DNA of 64,000 nucleotides from Octopus sinensis. Lineage: Eukaryota. The stretch lies in NCBI RefSeq assembly GCF_006345805.1, contig NC_043015.1:33418001-33482000 (forward strand), in the 5' to 3' direction. Shown here in pieces: positions 50,754 through 62,503 of this stretch. How positions within the stretch are numbered: the first letter of the stretch is position 1; every line of letters starts with the position of its first letter. The position numbers were made by a program, and so were the translations under genes. Under the pieces are notes generated by a model. The model had not been told where the DNA came from. It saw only the letters and a list, made by a program, of their open reading frames with translations, and did no database searches.

Positions 50754-50890
50754 TGTGTGCATACACATATATTAGACGAATGGTGTAGATGTATTTGGTT
50801 GTAGAATTAATGAGGGAAATTGGCTAGAAATTGATAGGAAGAAAATGGAGGACATGATAAAAATAAGGGCAGAGATGGGGATATCTTTGA

Positions 50891-50958
<68 letters not shown>

Positions 50959-51145
50959 AAAGCAAATACAAAGTAATTGCCTTTTGTAAGAAAAGTTTAA
51001 ATGTTAAGAGAAAATAAAAGTAGTAGAATTGATAAACATGAAATAAAATACATAAATATATAAATACACATACATGAAATAAAATAGTGTGTGTGTGTAT
51101 GTGTGTGTGTATATATATATACACATATATATACAGATACACACT

Positions 51146-51645
51146 AGACTGCACTGGTATGGTTATGTGATGCGTATGGACTAGGACAGCCGTGTAAAGA
51201 AGTGCTAACCTCTATAGAGGGGAATCTGTGGTAGAGGTAGGTGCAGAAAGACATGGGACGAGGTGGTGGAGCATGATCTTCAAACTTTGAGCCTCACAGA
51301 GGCAATGACCAGTGATCGAGACCTTTGGCATTATGTGGTGCTTGACAAGAAGACCCATCAAGCTGAGCAAAATTGCAGTCGTAGAAGGTACAGGTGTCAC
51401 ACAAATTGGCACCCATGCTGGTGGCACATAAAAGCATCCCGGTGTCATGCAAATGGCACCAGTGCCTGTGGCACATAGAAGCACCCATTACCCTCTCAGA
51501 CTGGTTGGTGTTAGGAAGGGTATCCAGCCATGGAAAACCATGCCAAATCAGACTGGAATCTGGTTCAATCTTCCAGTGTGCCAGCCTAGTCAAACCATCC
51601 AACCCATGCCAGCATGGTCAACAGACGTTAGATGGTGATGGTGAT
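51146..51645 (+). mobile_element. RTE-clade LINE 3' end (end of ORF plus 3' UTR)
   Basis: Translates RLHWYGYVMRMD...GRGRCRKTWDEVVEHDL...MTSDRDLW. It is followed by the GGCAC..AAAAGCA...AGGAAGGG.ATCCAGC...CAACCCATGCCAGCATGG...(GAT)n tail. Tail-only copies lie at about 24640-24795, 28140-28330(-), 30560-30730(-) and 34520-34640. Confidence 0.8.
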
Positions 51646-51766
51646 GACTTTTTTAGTCAAATGAATCGACCCCAGTATTTTTTATCTATTTTTTCAGGCA
51701 GTGGTAGGGGATTGGGGGACAAAGACACACAAACACGCACATGTGTGTGTGTATCTATCTTTATAT

Positions 51767-51802
<36 letters not shown>

Positions 51803-54670
51803 CAGGCTTATTTCAGTTCCCATCAGCCAAATCCACTCACAGGCTATAGTAGGAGACACTGCCCCAAGGTGTCACACAGGGACATGCAGTTGGGAAGCAA
51901 ACTTATCACACAGCAAATGCCAGTGCCTATATGTAGTTATGTGTGTGTGTGTGTGTGTGTGTGTGTACATAAATATGTACACATACCTGTACATATTCAT
52001 GAAAGCATGTTGTAGACCAAAAGTTTATGTATAGGTAGAGGCATGGGTGTGTAGTTGAAAAGTTCATTTCCCAACCACTTGGTTTTTGGTTCAGTCCCAT
52101 TGCATGGCACCTTGGGAAACTTAAAGAAGAATGCCATGAGTGTGTGTGTGTATGCATCTGTAATCTCTTGTACAGAAATGTATTGAGCATTGGCTGTTGT
52201 TAGTTTCTCCAACCACCAAATTGCCTGGGTACTTCTTGTCTACGCAACTGTGTGGAATAAGTAACACCTTACTTGGAAAACAGGTAAGGGCTAACATCAG
52301 GAAGGAAGTCTGGTTGTAAAACAATGCCTCAGACAACACAATTTGTCCAACCCATGCAAGCAAGCACAAAATAAATGTAAAGCATACATTCGTAAGCATA
52401 GGCTAGAAGGGTGGGTGGTTAAAAAGCTCACTTTGCAACTGTGTACTTTCAGGTTGTTCCACTGCTTGGTACCTGGGCCAACCAATAAAAGTAAATTTGG
52501 GAGATGGAAATTGTGTGGAAACCTGCCACGTGTGTGTGTTTAATCCTCACACGACTGCCTGACCACTGGTGCTGGTACGTTTATGTCTCCGTAACTTAGC
52601 AGAATGGCAAAAGAGGTCACTAGAATAAGTATCAGACTTAAGAAATAACTACGGACTATTAGATCAAAATAATTTCAGGGAAGTACCCCAGGACGGCCTG
52701 TAGTCCAATGACTGAAACAAGTATAGGATAAAAGATATACAAAGACACACACAACTATCTAACTAGCTACCTACCTATGTACACACACACACACACACCA
52801 CACACACACACACAAAATAAAAATCATTACATTTATATATTTTTTCTTTGCCAGACACTCAAATATACATTTATCTAATAACTTTCTTCCTTTGCTAAGA
52901 ATATATTTAACAAAATAAAATATAGAAAATAAAATATAATTATATAAAATAATATAATTACGGTAAAGTAAAAATAAAATTGATAACAAAACACTGGATA
53001 TAAGTAAGCTGGGTTTTTTTTATTTTGGATTTGAAGTATTTTTCAGTCATTATAGGAATTTGCTCCAGCTGGCCGTTGTGTGTTTGTATTTTAGTGGTTC
53101 CATTCCACCAGTCACAATGTGCTGCTTAAGTATTATTGGCTATTGATTATCGATCTGATATTCACATCTAAACTACTAATATTGATTTTTGACATTTGTG
53201 GCTCTTCCAGATTCCCCAAGCTGTTCTATTAGAGGCAATAGGGGAGAGGAGGTGGGGACGGTAAGATGGAGAAGATGAAGAGGAAGGGATGTAAGAGATG
53301 GGGGTAAAAGACGAGGGAGGAAAATGAAGAAGTTAAAAAATACAGCAGGAATGTACATATATATGTGTGTGTGTGTATATATACACACACACACATACAC
53401 AGATCCATACATAGACAAAAGAGTACACGCATACATTAGTATGCATAGTCACATATTTACATACATATGCATATCTATAGCAATTTCAACACTATATCGC
53501 TTACATCAACACACACATACACACACTTGCACAGGGATTTATGTATATATTTGTATTTTCTAGACAGGTCATATCAATGGGTGAGTTAATGTACTACAGT
53601 ACCACTGTTCCCTTCTTAGACATACCCACACACATCATACCACACCCATATTCCATATGTTCCAGTAACATCTTATCCATTAATTCCAATATATTGGCTT
53701 CACCAGAACACCCACTTTCACTTTGTACTTTCCAACTCTCTAAAACTTTTATATATTCCAGCCACAATCATTATTGTCTATGAGATCTACAATGCTTGCC
53801 TAATTCTATCTTACACTGTATGGAAACACATCCACCCACCCACATCACACCCATCCTCCTATCTACCTACCTACCTACCTATATCTATCTATTTGCCTGT
53901 TTGGTTACCTATGTATTTGACTGTCAGTCTATCTCAATCTATCTGTCTGTCTGGTTACCTATGTATTTGGCTATCTATCCATCCATTTGTCTGGTTACCA
54001 ATGAATTTGACAACCAGTCTATCCATCTGTCTGTCTGGTTATTTAAGTACCTGCCTACCAGTCTATCAACCTCTCTATCTATCTAGCTATTTACAGGTCT
54101 ATCAACCTGGCATTTTCTCCATTCGTTAATCTAGCTCCATTCGTTAATCTAGTCCATTCGTCCATCCAACAATTCACCCATCTAACTTTCCAACCACCAA
54201 CTTATCCACCCAAGTATCTCTCCCTTTCTTTACACACACAAACACAAACACACAATAACATGTGAGTAGGTGTATGTATGTATATGCATGCATATATATG
54301 TATGTGCATGTTTTAGTTAGGCCCTCCCTGCCATCACCACCAATGTTTAGTGCACCGATAGACTATATTAATTGCTACATATTGAAGTCGATTTTTCAAT
54401 TGCTCAACAATTTGTATTGAAATAAGCAGCAATTCAAAGAATCCCTGCTTCCAAGTACAATATTTTATTGTTATCACTTCGAACATGACACGTGTCTTTC
54501 AAACAGACATTTCTAATTGAAATGCTTTCATCAATAGTAAAACCTTTTATGTATATACTCATTTATATATACACCCATTGAATAACTCCTCCCAACTCTT
54601 TCCTACAATGTTTCACACTCACTGAACCGGAGACAAGTGGGAAGCCCCTATAGGATCACAAGTCCTCCAC

Positions 54671-54860
54671 TACACCAGTCCCCTGCTTACATACTATACC
54701 TCACACCAGTCCCCTGCTTACATACTAAACCTCACACCAGTCCCCTCCTTACATACTATACCTCACACAAGTCCCCTCCTTACATACTATACCTCCACTT
54801 CTAACTACTACCCTACACCAGTCCTCTCCTTACATACCTCCACTTCTTACTGCTACCCCA
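54671..54860. repeat. 31-bp minisatellite x4 plus derived partial units
   Basis: Unit CACACCAGTCCCCTSCTTACATACTATACCT. Confidence 0.88.
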
Positions 54861-55818
54861 ACACTATCTCCACTATACTAGTTCTCCTCCCCTTACAAAC
54901 TGCACCTCAACTACAATTCTCCACCATTACATTTCACCTCCCTTTCACGCTAATCATCATTACACTAACACAACTACACTCTTCCACACTACATTTTACC
55001 ACCACTACAGCGTATCAATGAAGGAGTCTCTATGCAAATCATTAACACAATGAGAAGTAGAAGTGAAATCCCCTCAAAGCACACCCTACTATCATGGAGA
55101 GTTAGAAAGAGAACGATAATCTGGAGAAAGAAAAAGATAATCTGGTTAGATCCATCATGAAATCTAGATGCATTCACTAATGGGGAGGGAGTTATGTAAA
55201 CAATATAAAAATAGGGATGATGATGATTGTGATAATAATCATCATCATTATGGTCATCTTTCTCATCATTGCTGTGGTTCTATTTTTCCACATTCACTGC
55301 ATGGGTTGGATATGTCTACGTTACCAAATATCTTCACTCTTTAATCTGGTTTTAAGTCAAAGCCCAACAATTTCAGATCTAACTACATTAGCGTTGCCGT
55401 ACCTTCCTTGGTCTACTTATCTTCTATACAACAGACACCAATTCCCTGTGCTATGAAAATCTACCAACTGTACTAAAGATACCTGCCCCCTACAATCTCA
55501 CCAACTCAGCAGTTGTTTTGATCCAATAAGTGGGCAACTAGAGAAGCTCATTTGCAAGAAATAGTAGCCAAATTCCCTCAAATCATACCCTAACATCTTT
55601 AAAATAGAAAGTCATTATTGGATATACAAACAGATAATTTTCTTTGTTTTAATTTTTGCTTACAAAAAAATCATATTTGGAACATCTTTGAATATAGAAC
55701 TGTCAAATCAGGGCTGACCTTGGGCTAAACATCAACAAAAACTACCAACACTTCAGTTATATTGTATCACCCAACATGTCATCCACCACTCCCCCACCTC
55801 TGTATTATAAGCAAAGTA

Positions 55819-55850
<32 letters not shown>

Positions 55851-57804
55851 CATCCACTTCAAACCTCACTCTTCAATGCTAATCATATGTTACAGGCTTA
55901 TTTCTACATTAATGGCTCCAGAAGGTGTCATTTTTTATTTTTAGCTTTCAGAGCAACACAACAATCCATAACAGCCTTGCAATTTTGAATAAAACATTAG
56001 AATCGGTGAATTCTTACAAACAACTCCATCGACACATATTGGGAAATTTCCAACTACCAACTAGCTAAAATAGTCGCTATTTCCTTTAACACTTTCCACC
56101 TGAAAGCCACATCAAAAACCCAGTAAATTGATTTACCATACCTTAAAAAATGATGATATAAGGAAGGAAAAAAACACTCATTTCTTTATGAACAAAAGCT
56201 CCGTGAATGACAACTAAAGAGATGTAGGTGTGACATACTTTCTAATATTTTTTTAGCAACCAATAAAACTGCAATAAATAAGCATACTTCCATGTGCTTA
56301 CAAATATTATTTGCTTATATTTTGTAATATTGCTTCACTACGGCAATCATTTGTAAAATCATCAACACAAAACTCAGAGCATCGATTCCAGAAGCCTCTA
56401 CTTACCTCCATGGTTAACGACTATTCACTCACTCATCATTGTCTATTCATCAGACTCTCTCTTCAGCTAGTTGACATTACCCTCCAGGAATGCATCAAGC
56501 TGGCAGAGTCATTAGCACATCAGGCAAAATGCTTTGTGGCATTTCAGCCATCTTTACGTTCTGAGATCAAATTCCACTGAGGTTGACTTTGCCTTTCATC
56601 CCTTTGGAGTTGATTAAATAAGTACCATTTTATATTTTGGTAAGTCTGTTTACCAAAGTCCCAACTAATGAAGCATTATCAGTAATTCAAGACAAACTAG
56701 TGATGGATACCGCTCTAAAAGAATGCACTAGTATGCCAATAGAAAACTTGATGGAATTGTTGACTTTCTGCATAGAAACTACCTACTTCAGAGTAGGTAC
56801 TGATATATATCAAGAAAAAGAGGGTTTAGCTATGGGTTCATCATTATCACTGGTAATAGTCAATATATACATGGAATACTTTGAGAATTTGGCTTTAGGC
56901 TCAACACCACAAAAACCAACCCTGTGGCTGCGATATGTTGACAACACCTTCATTCACTGACCCCACCAGGAGGATGTCCAAGTACTACTAGATAATGTGA
57001 ACTCAATAAAGCCATCCATACAGTTCACAATGGAGAAGGAAAAGGACACTCAGGTGGCATTCCTGAATGTATTAATAACATGCACGGAGTATGGGTTCAG
57101 GACATCTGAATACTGCAAACCAACCTTCACTGGATGATACCTCAATTTCAATTCCCACCATGCATACAGTATAAAGAGAGGGATTGCTCAGTGCCTAAAA
57201 CATCAGGCAAAGACTATAAGTAGCGATCCTTATACATACCAGGAAGAAATGTTGAGATTAAGAAACAATCTGCTATGTAACAACTACCTAAAGAACAAAC
57301 TATCCACTCTTAATTAGGAAGAAGAGAGAGAATGAAACCCATAAACTTAGCACAATCTGTTTACCCTATGTCAAAGGCCTCTTGGAAAAGATACAAAGGA
57401 TATGCGGTCCATATGACATCAGGTCAGTACTCAGAAGGAATACAACACTTTGCAAATATCTTCTCCAAGTAAAACCACCCATAGAATATGACCAAAAATT
57501 GCATGTACTCTATCCCATGCAGCAGTGGTAGGTTATACAAAGGCAAAATGCCCCCTTAAAGTAAGAGTAGAGGAACATTATAAAACTGTGACATGAGGGG
57601 ATGCTGAAAAATTGGATACAGCTGATCATGTATGGAAAAACGGAGACTGCCTCCTGCTGTGGGATGAAGTTAAAATAATCGACAGAGAACACCACTGGAA
57701 AATATGAAAATTAAAAGAGGCTGCACATATGCCAGGACATAATAGCCGAAGCAAACCAGTATTAAGAAAAGGTAAAATACTAGGTTTATAAACCCTAAAA
57801 TTCA

Positions 57805-57876
57805 CTCTATATAGCATAGTGGATAAGAGCGCAGGCTACTAACACTCAGATTCTAAGTTCAATCCCAGGCAGGGAC
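57805..57876 (+). other. tRNA-like segment (Pol III A and B boxes) inside the PLE 3' terminal region; not a functional tRNA
   Basis: TAGCATAGTGGATAAGAGC (A box/D arm), GG-CTACTAA (anticodon-loop-like), AAGTTCAATCCCAGG (B box/T arm). The stems are degraded. Confidence 0.6.
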
Positions 57877-57981
57877 TTGAAAAATAATACCAACAGAAAA
57901 ATAACATCAGCACCATATCTTAGGAATGTGAACAGTGTATCCCATTAGTCAAATAAAGGGTTGGGTTCAAAATTCCACCAG

Positions 57982-58027
57982 AACACCGGATGAAATGCTG
58001 GAGAGTACATCAGCTGAAATGCTATGA
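57982..58027 (+). ncRNA. Degenerate hammerhead-like motif at the 3' end of the Poseidon-type PLE
   Basis: AACAC-CGGATGA-AAT-GCTG(GAGAGTACAT)CAGC-T-GAAA-TGCT-ATGAT. The topology matches the other motifs, but there are several core and stem substitutions. Confidence 0.45.
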
Positions 58028-58679
58028 TCATAACAAGGCGAGGACACCTGTCAGCACATTGTAAATAATGTAAATAAGTACCAGTTGAACACTGCAGTTG
58101 ACATAATCAACTTATCCCCTCCCTAAAATTGCTGGCCTTGAGCCAAACTTTGAAACCAACATTACTCTCCAGTACAACTAACCACAACTTCTCTTGCGGA
58201 GCATTCCTAGTGACATACACCACACCCTCTGCTCAGCAAATACAAAGGTGCTCTTGTCCCCTGCCAAACATTGTCTGCTCTCCTATTACCAACCATTACG
58301 ATCTCTCTTCCATTCCTCTTCTATGTCCTCCTCATCTCTCCCTCTTCAACTTATTCTATCCAATTACTATGTTTCAGGTTTCCTCGCCACACACTCACTC
58401 CTTTGTCCAGGACAAACAGAATTGCGAGTGCTCCTTTGCTTTGCTGCATACAAAGCAACATCACTTGTGATGGTGGCCTAATGAAATGCATCCAGTGCAC
58501 TCCGTAAAGTGGTTGGTGATAGGACTGACACACACACTTATAAAAACTAAGGTAAAATGACAAATAAGAATAAGACTTGGTCCTCCAGCTCCCCATCTTG
58601 GAGCCCGATTCTGACATTGGCAACTTTTCCAAGTACAGAAACTGGATGCACAATGATGATAATTATAATATTTATATGT

Positions 58680-58935
58680 GAAGGTGCGTGGCCTAGTGGT
58701 TAGAGTGTTGCACACACTGTCTAATGATTGTAGGTTCAATTCCAAGATTGAGCAGTGCATTGTGTTTATGTGCAAAACACTTCATTTCATGTTACCCTAG
58801 TCCCCTCAGCTGTCTTCTGATCAGGGTGGGGATGTTGGCCCGCCTGCCTAGCCAGCAGAGTGGCATTGTTCAAAAGCTAAAACAATGCAAAGTGAATTGT
58901 GACTAGCAATGTACAACATCCGATAGTCTAATTGA
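58680..58935 (+). mobile_element. tRNA-derived SINE, head H2 with tail T4
   Basis: GGTGCGTGGCCTAGTGGTTAG...GGTTCAATTCC...AACACTTCATTTCA...CTCAGCTG, followed by a different tail. Confidence 0.6.
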
Positions 58936-59422
58936 TCACAATATATATGTGTGTGTGTACCCACGCACACACATACATATATATACACTTATCATTGTAT
59001 ATTGATCTACTTGATGTTTTGATAAGCCATCATCTATGGACACAAAGCATTAAAATCTCCAAAATGTGGCTGATGAGATTTCTATGAGATAGACCCCCCC
59101 CCCGCCTCACACTCCAGGACCGACTTTATGATTGCACTATTGATAAAGAGTATATGGCATTTCTGTATGTGTATCAGTGTGTGTGGTGTCCTGTACTGAT
59201 GGGATTCTGATAGAGCTTTGTGATACCTGCAATGTCAATAGCGAAGCTGCGGGCCTCCTGTCATTATTGGCAACCTGCCAGAGGTCTAATCAACAAACGA
59301 TGGTAAAGAGATGCCAGATTAAAGTCTACCAGATCTGCTCTGCTCTTAAGACACCAAATTCACAAGTCTGTCCATGTGTGAATGTGTGCACAGATTAACT
59401 CACATACATAGGTGCATGCATG

Positions 59423-59465
<43 letters not shown>

Positions 59466-59952
59466 ATTTGTATGTATATGTTGATAGGCATTACACAGCA
59501 TATACATGTATGGACACAGACACATCTCTATGTGTGTGTGTGTGTTGTGTGTACACACACATTTGTAACATATATAAACTGTAAAATGTAACGATGTCAC
59601 TAATGCCAATCGTTAATATTGGTGGTGAGTGGCTTCGGTGGTGGAGACGGTGGAGGTGGTGTTGATGTCTGAAGTCATGACAGAGATAATGGTGGTGGTG
59701 TGAATAAAGATAAAAATGCAGGAAGTGGTAAAGGTGGAGATGGTGGACGGTTTCCGATTCTGATTGTAGCTACAGAAATGGTTGACTAGATTTACAATCA
59801 TTCTGACGTTGACCATGCAGTACTACCACCAACCACTGGCACACCAACCCTCCACCTATCACCGCAGTAATTTCACTCATCACTACACTAACTCTGTCCA
59901 CTGCAGCAGTAACTCCACCCATGCTTACAGCCACCTCGCCTACTACTGCACA

Positions 59953-60341
59953 GGAGTGGCTGTGTGGTAAGCAGCTTACTTTCCAACCACATAGTTCTGG
60001 GTTCAGTTCCACTGCATGGCACCTTGGGCAAGTGCCTTCTACTATAGCGTCAGGGGCCAACCAAAGCCTTGTGAGTGGATTTAGAAGATGGAACCTGAAA
60101 GGAGTCCGTCGTATATATGTGTGTGTGTGTATGTCTGTATTTGTCCCCAACCACCATTTCACAACAGGTATTGGTGTGGTTACCTCCTTGTAACTTAACA
60201 GTTAACTTAACAGAGACCAACAGAATAAGAATCAGGCTTAAAAGATAAGTCCAGGGGTAAAATTTTTCAATTAAAACCATTTAAGGTAATACCCCAGTAT
60301 GGCCACAGTCAATTGACTGAAACAAGTAAAAGGTAAAAGAT
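59953..60341 (+). mobile_element. tRNA-derived SINE family D with an internal (TA)(TG) microsatellite
   Basis: GGAGTGGCTGTGTGGTAAG...GGGTTCAGTTCC...CACCTTGGGCAAGTG...AAAGCCTTGTGAGTGGATTT...GACTGAAACAAGTAAAA. Related copies lie at about 34040-34328(-), 44290-44440(-), 45660-45908(-), 51790-51920(-), 52040-52130(+), 52400-52735(+) and 48300-48460(+). Confidence 0.78.
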
Positions 60342-60499
60342 ATTGTTGTGACCCTCCACCCTCTGGTAACTTCTGCACTAATTAGTCTCTCTCTCTCTCA
60401 ACTTGAACATCAACCACAAGAATTATACCAATCTGGAAGAATCTACAGACAATCACATCTCTTCTACTCTTCAACACACTAAATAATGATGATGATGAT

Positions 60500-60600
60500 G
60501 GAGAGATCAGAATTGACATGAGGATAGAGCATGCTCAAAAAACTGCTCTAATGGGAACAATGAAGATTTTGAGATTGTCTTTTGGGTGATTTAGTATCTT
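60500..60600 (+). mobile_element. Old R4/Dong-like 3' remnant
   Basis: Translates IEHAQKTALMGTMKILR, similar to QKIALLGTAHILR. It follows a TAA/GAT repeat. Confidence 0.45.
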
Positions 60601-60903
60601 CCATGATACTTAGCATCTAGGTACCAAGTATTATAACTCATAGAAAGAGGCCCTGAAAGACCCTGTGAGACCTTTGACCACAGGTTGCTGTCTGCTCTCA
60701 CAGAATTATCTGGATCAAGCAAGATCAAGAGCTCCGAGAAGTAAAATATAATAATAATAATAATAATTCCTTTTATTAGCCATGATGCATAGATAAGCAG
60801 AATATCACAAGGACAGACGACAATTTGTATGGGATTTACGTAATGGATGGGGAAAAAGAAATGGAAAAGACAGTGAAATATGATGAACGTATACATAGTA
60901 TAT

Positions 60904-61340
60904 CCTTTCTACAATAGAACACAAGGCCTGAAATTTTAGGGGGAAGGGTTCTAGTCAATTACCAGAGTTCAACTGGTACTTATTCTGTCAACCCGGAAAG
61001 GATGAAAGATAAAGTCAACCTCAGAAGGATTTGAACTCAGAGCGTAAAGATGGACAAAACGCCACTAAGCATTTTGTCTGGTGTGCTAATGATTCTGCCA
61101 GCTCGCCACTTTAATAATAATGATAATAACAATAATAAGTTCAAATTTTGGCACAAGGCCAGCAATTTTGGGAGGAGTAAGTTGATTACACTGCCCCCAG
61201 TCTTTGACTGGTACTTATTTTATTGACTCCGATGGGGGTCCATATTATACCCCCCCCCTTATTAACTGGTATTTTATTTTATGAAACCTGAAAGAAAGGC
61301 ACAACTGATCCTAGCAACATTTGAACCCTGGACATGTAGT
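60904..61340 (-). mobile_element. Two tandem family-A SINEs (60904-61110, 61140-61340)
   Basis: Same consensus, separated by (TAA)n. The second copy is degraded. Confidence 0.75.
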
Positions 61341-62110
61341 GCCACAAGAAATCCATAGAGCAGACAGTGCCAGACTATGATTTGTCCATTGATGATGATG
61401 ATGAAGGTGGTGGTGGTGGTGGTGTATGTAATGATGAGGATGGTAATGGTGGTGGCACTGTTACTAATGGTGAAGTAATGATGAAGGTGGTGATGACAAT
61501 GAATGATAATGATAGTGGTGATGGTGATAGCAGTGATGACAGGAGTAACGGTGGTGGTGGTGGTGTTGCTAGTACAAGTTCCATCCTATTAAATCTATAA
61601 TCTATTTCTAATTATTGACCATTACAAAGAATAAATATACAAGAAAGATTGTGTTTGGAATTGGTACCACCTTTATAGTAAATCTACAGATTACAAGAAC
61701 AGTTCTTGGCTTCTTAAACAATTATGCCATGTTGGTTTAACATTGGACAATGGAAAGGGATGGTTTGAGAGGTAATGAGGAGAAAGAGAGAGGCAAGGCA
61801 GGAATATATAAAGGCACAGCTCAGAGACAGAATGGTCCTGGAGATGATCATACAACTGTAGATGGATGTTTACATAACATACATTGGACTTTGTTTATTC
61901 TCTGTTAACAAGAAACCCATTGCTATTACTCACAAGCAAATATGACTTGGAAGCATGTACCAGGCTCTCACAAATAGTTGTAGGTCCCTGTATAGTTGTG
62001 AGCAGATAGAAATGACTTCTTGGCTGTCCCACTTTTGACCCAGTGGAACAACGAGGATGTGACAGCGGAAGAGAAGGGCTGTACGTACTATCACCAAGCT
62101 GGTCCTCACT

Positions 62111-62331
62111 TTAACCCTTTCATTACCAACCCGGCTGAAACTGGCTCTGGCTCTTTAGTATAAATGTTTTGTTTTCATAAGTTTTGAATTCAAATCTTCC
62201 ACCAAATCTTAGTCACAATTTATGTTCTTAACACTAGCTCAATGATAATGATGTTATTTTACTCGTTATATTTAACATAATTGGAAGAAACACAGAGCAT
62301 CTCAAAATAAATACAGTAACGAAAGGGTTAA
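62111..62331. mobile_element. piggyBac-type MITE (CCCTTTCGTTAC family)
   Basis: TTAA-CCCTTTCATTAC...GTAACGAAAGGG-TTAA. Confidence 0.8.
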
Positions 62332-62503
62332 CCCTTTAGTGCTCAGATAATTTTGTCAAATGTAGATGTGACCATTTTAAATATCATTCTAAAAATGAAT
62401 GATATTGTAAAGTAGGTGTGAAACACTGGATCTGGCCAGTTTAAACCTACAACAAGGAGAATATTTTGTCTGGATGTGGCCAGTTTAAATGCTGAAGATT
62501 TAA
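62328..62503. mobile_element. piggyBac-type MITE (CCCTTTAGCATT family), sharing its TTAA with the previous MITE
   Basis: TTAA-CCCTTTAGTGCT...AAATGCTGAAGAT-TTAA. The interior matches 10766-10987 (GTAGGTGTGA...GGATCTGG). Confidence 0.68.

Larger units (their letters stand above)
56628..58070 (+). mobile_element. 5'-truncated, decayed Penelope-like element (Poseidon-type) with 3' terminal region
   Basis: RT remnants: VSLFTKVP, QEKEGLAMGSSLSLVIVNIYMEYFE, LWLRYVDNTF, YLNFNSHH. GIY-YIG remnant: CMYSIPCSSGRLYKG...LKVRVEEH...ADHVW. No Cys linker. Stops and frameshifts are present. It is flanked by a 13-bp direct repeat TAAATAAGTACCA (56615-56627, 58071-58083). Confidence 0.85.
56505..58160 (+). mobile_element. 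Family-A SINE split by the Poseidon-type PLE (head 56505-56627, tail 58071-58160)
   Basis: The head ends in ...GATTAAATAAGTACCA and the tail resumes TAAATAAGTACCAGTTGAACACTG...GCTGGCCTTGAGCCAAACTTTGAAACC. Confidence 0.8.
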
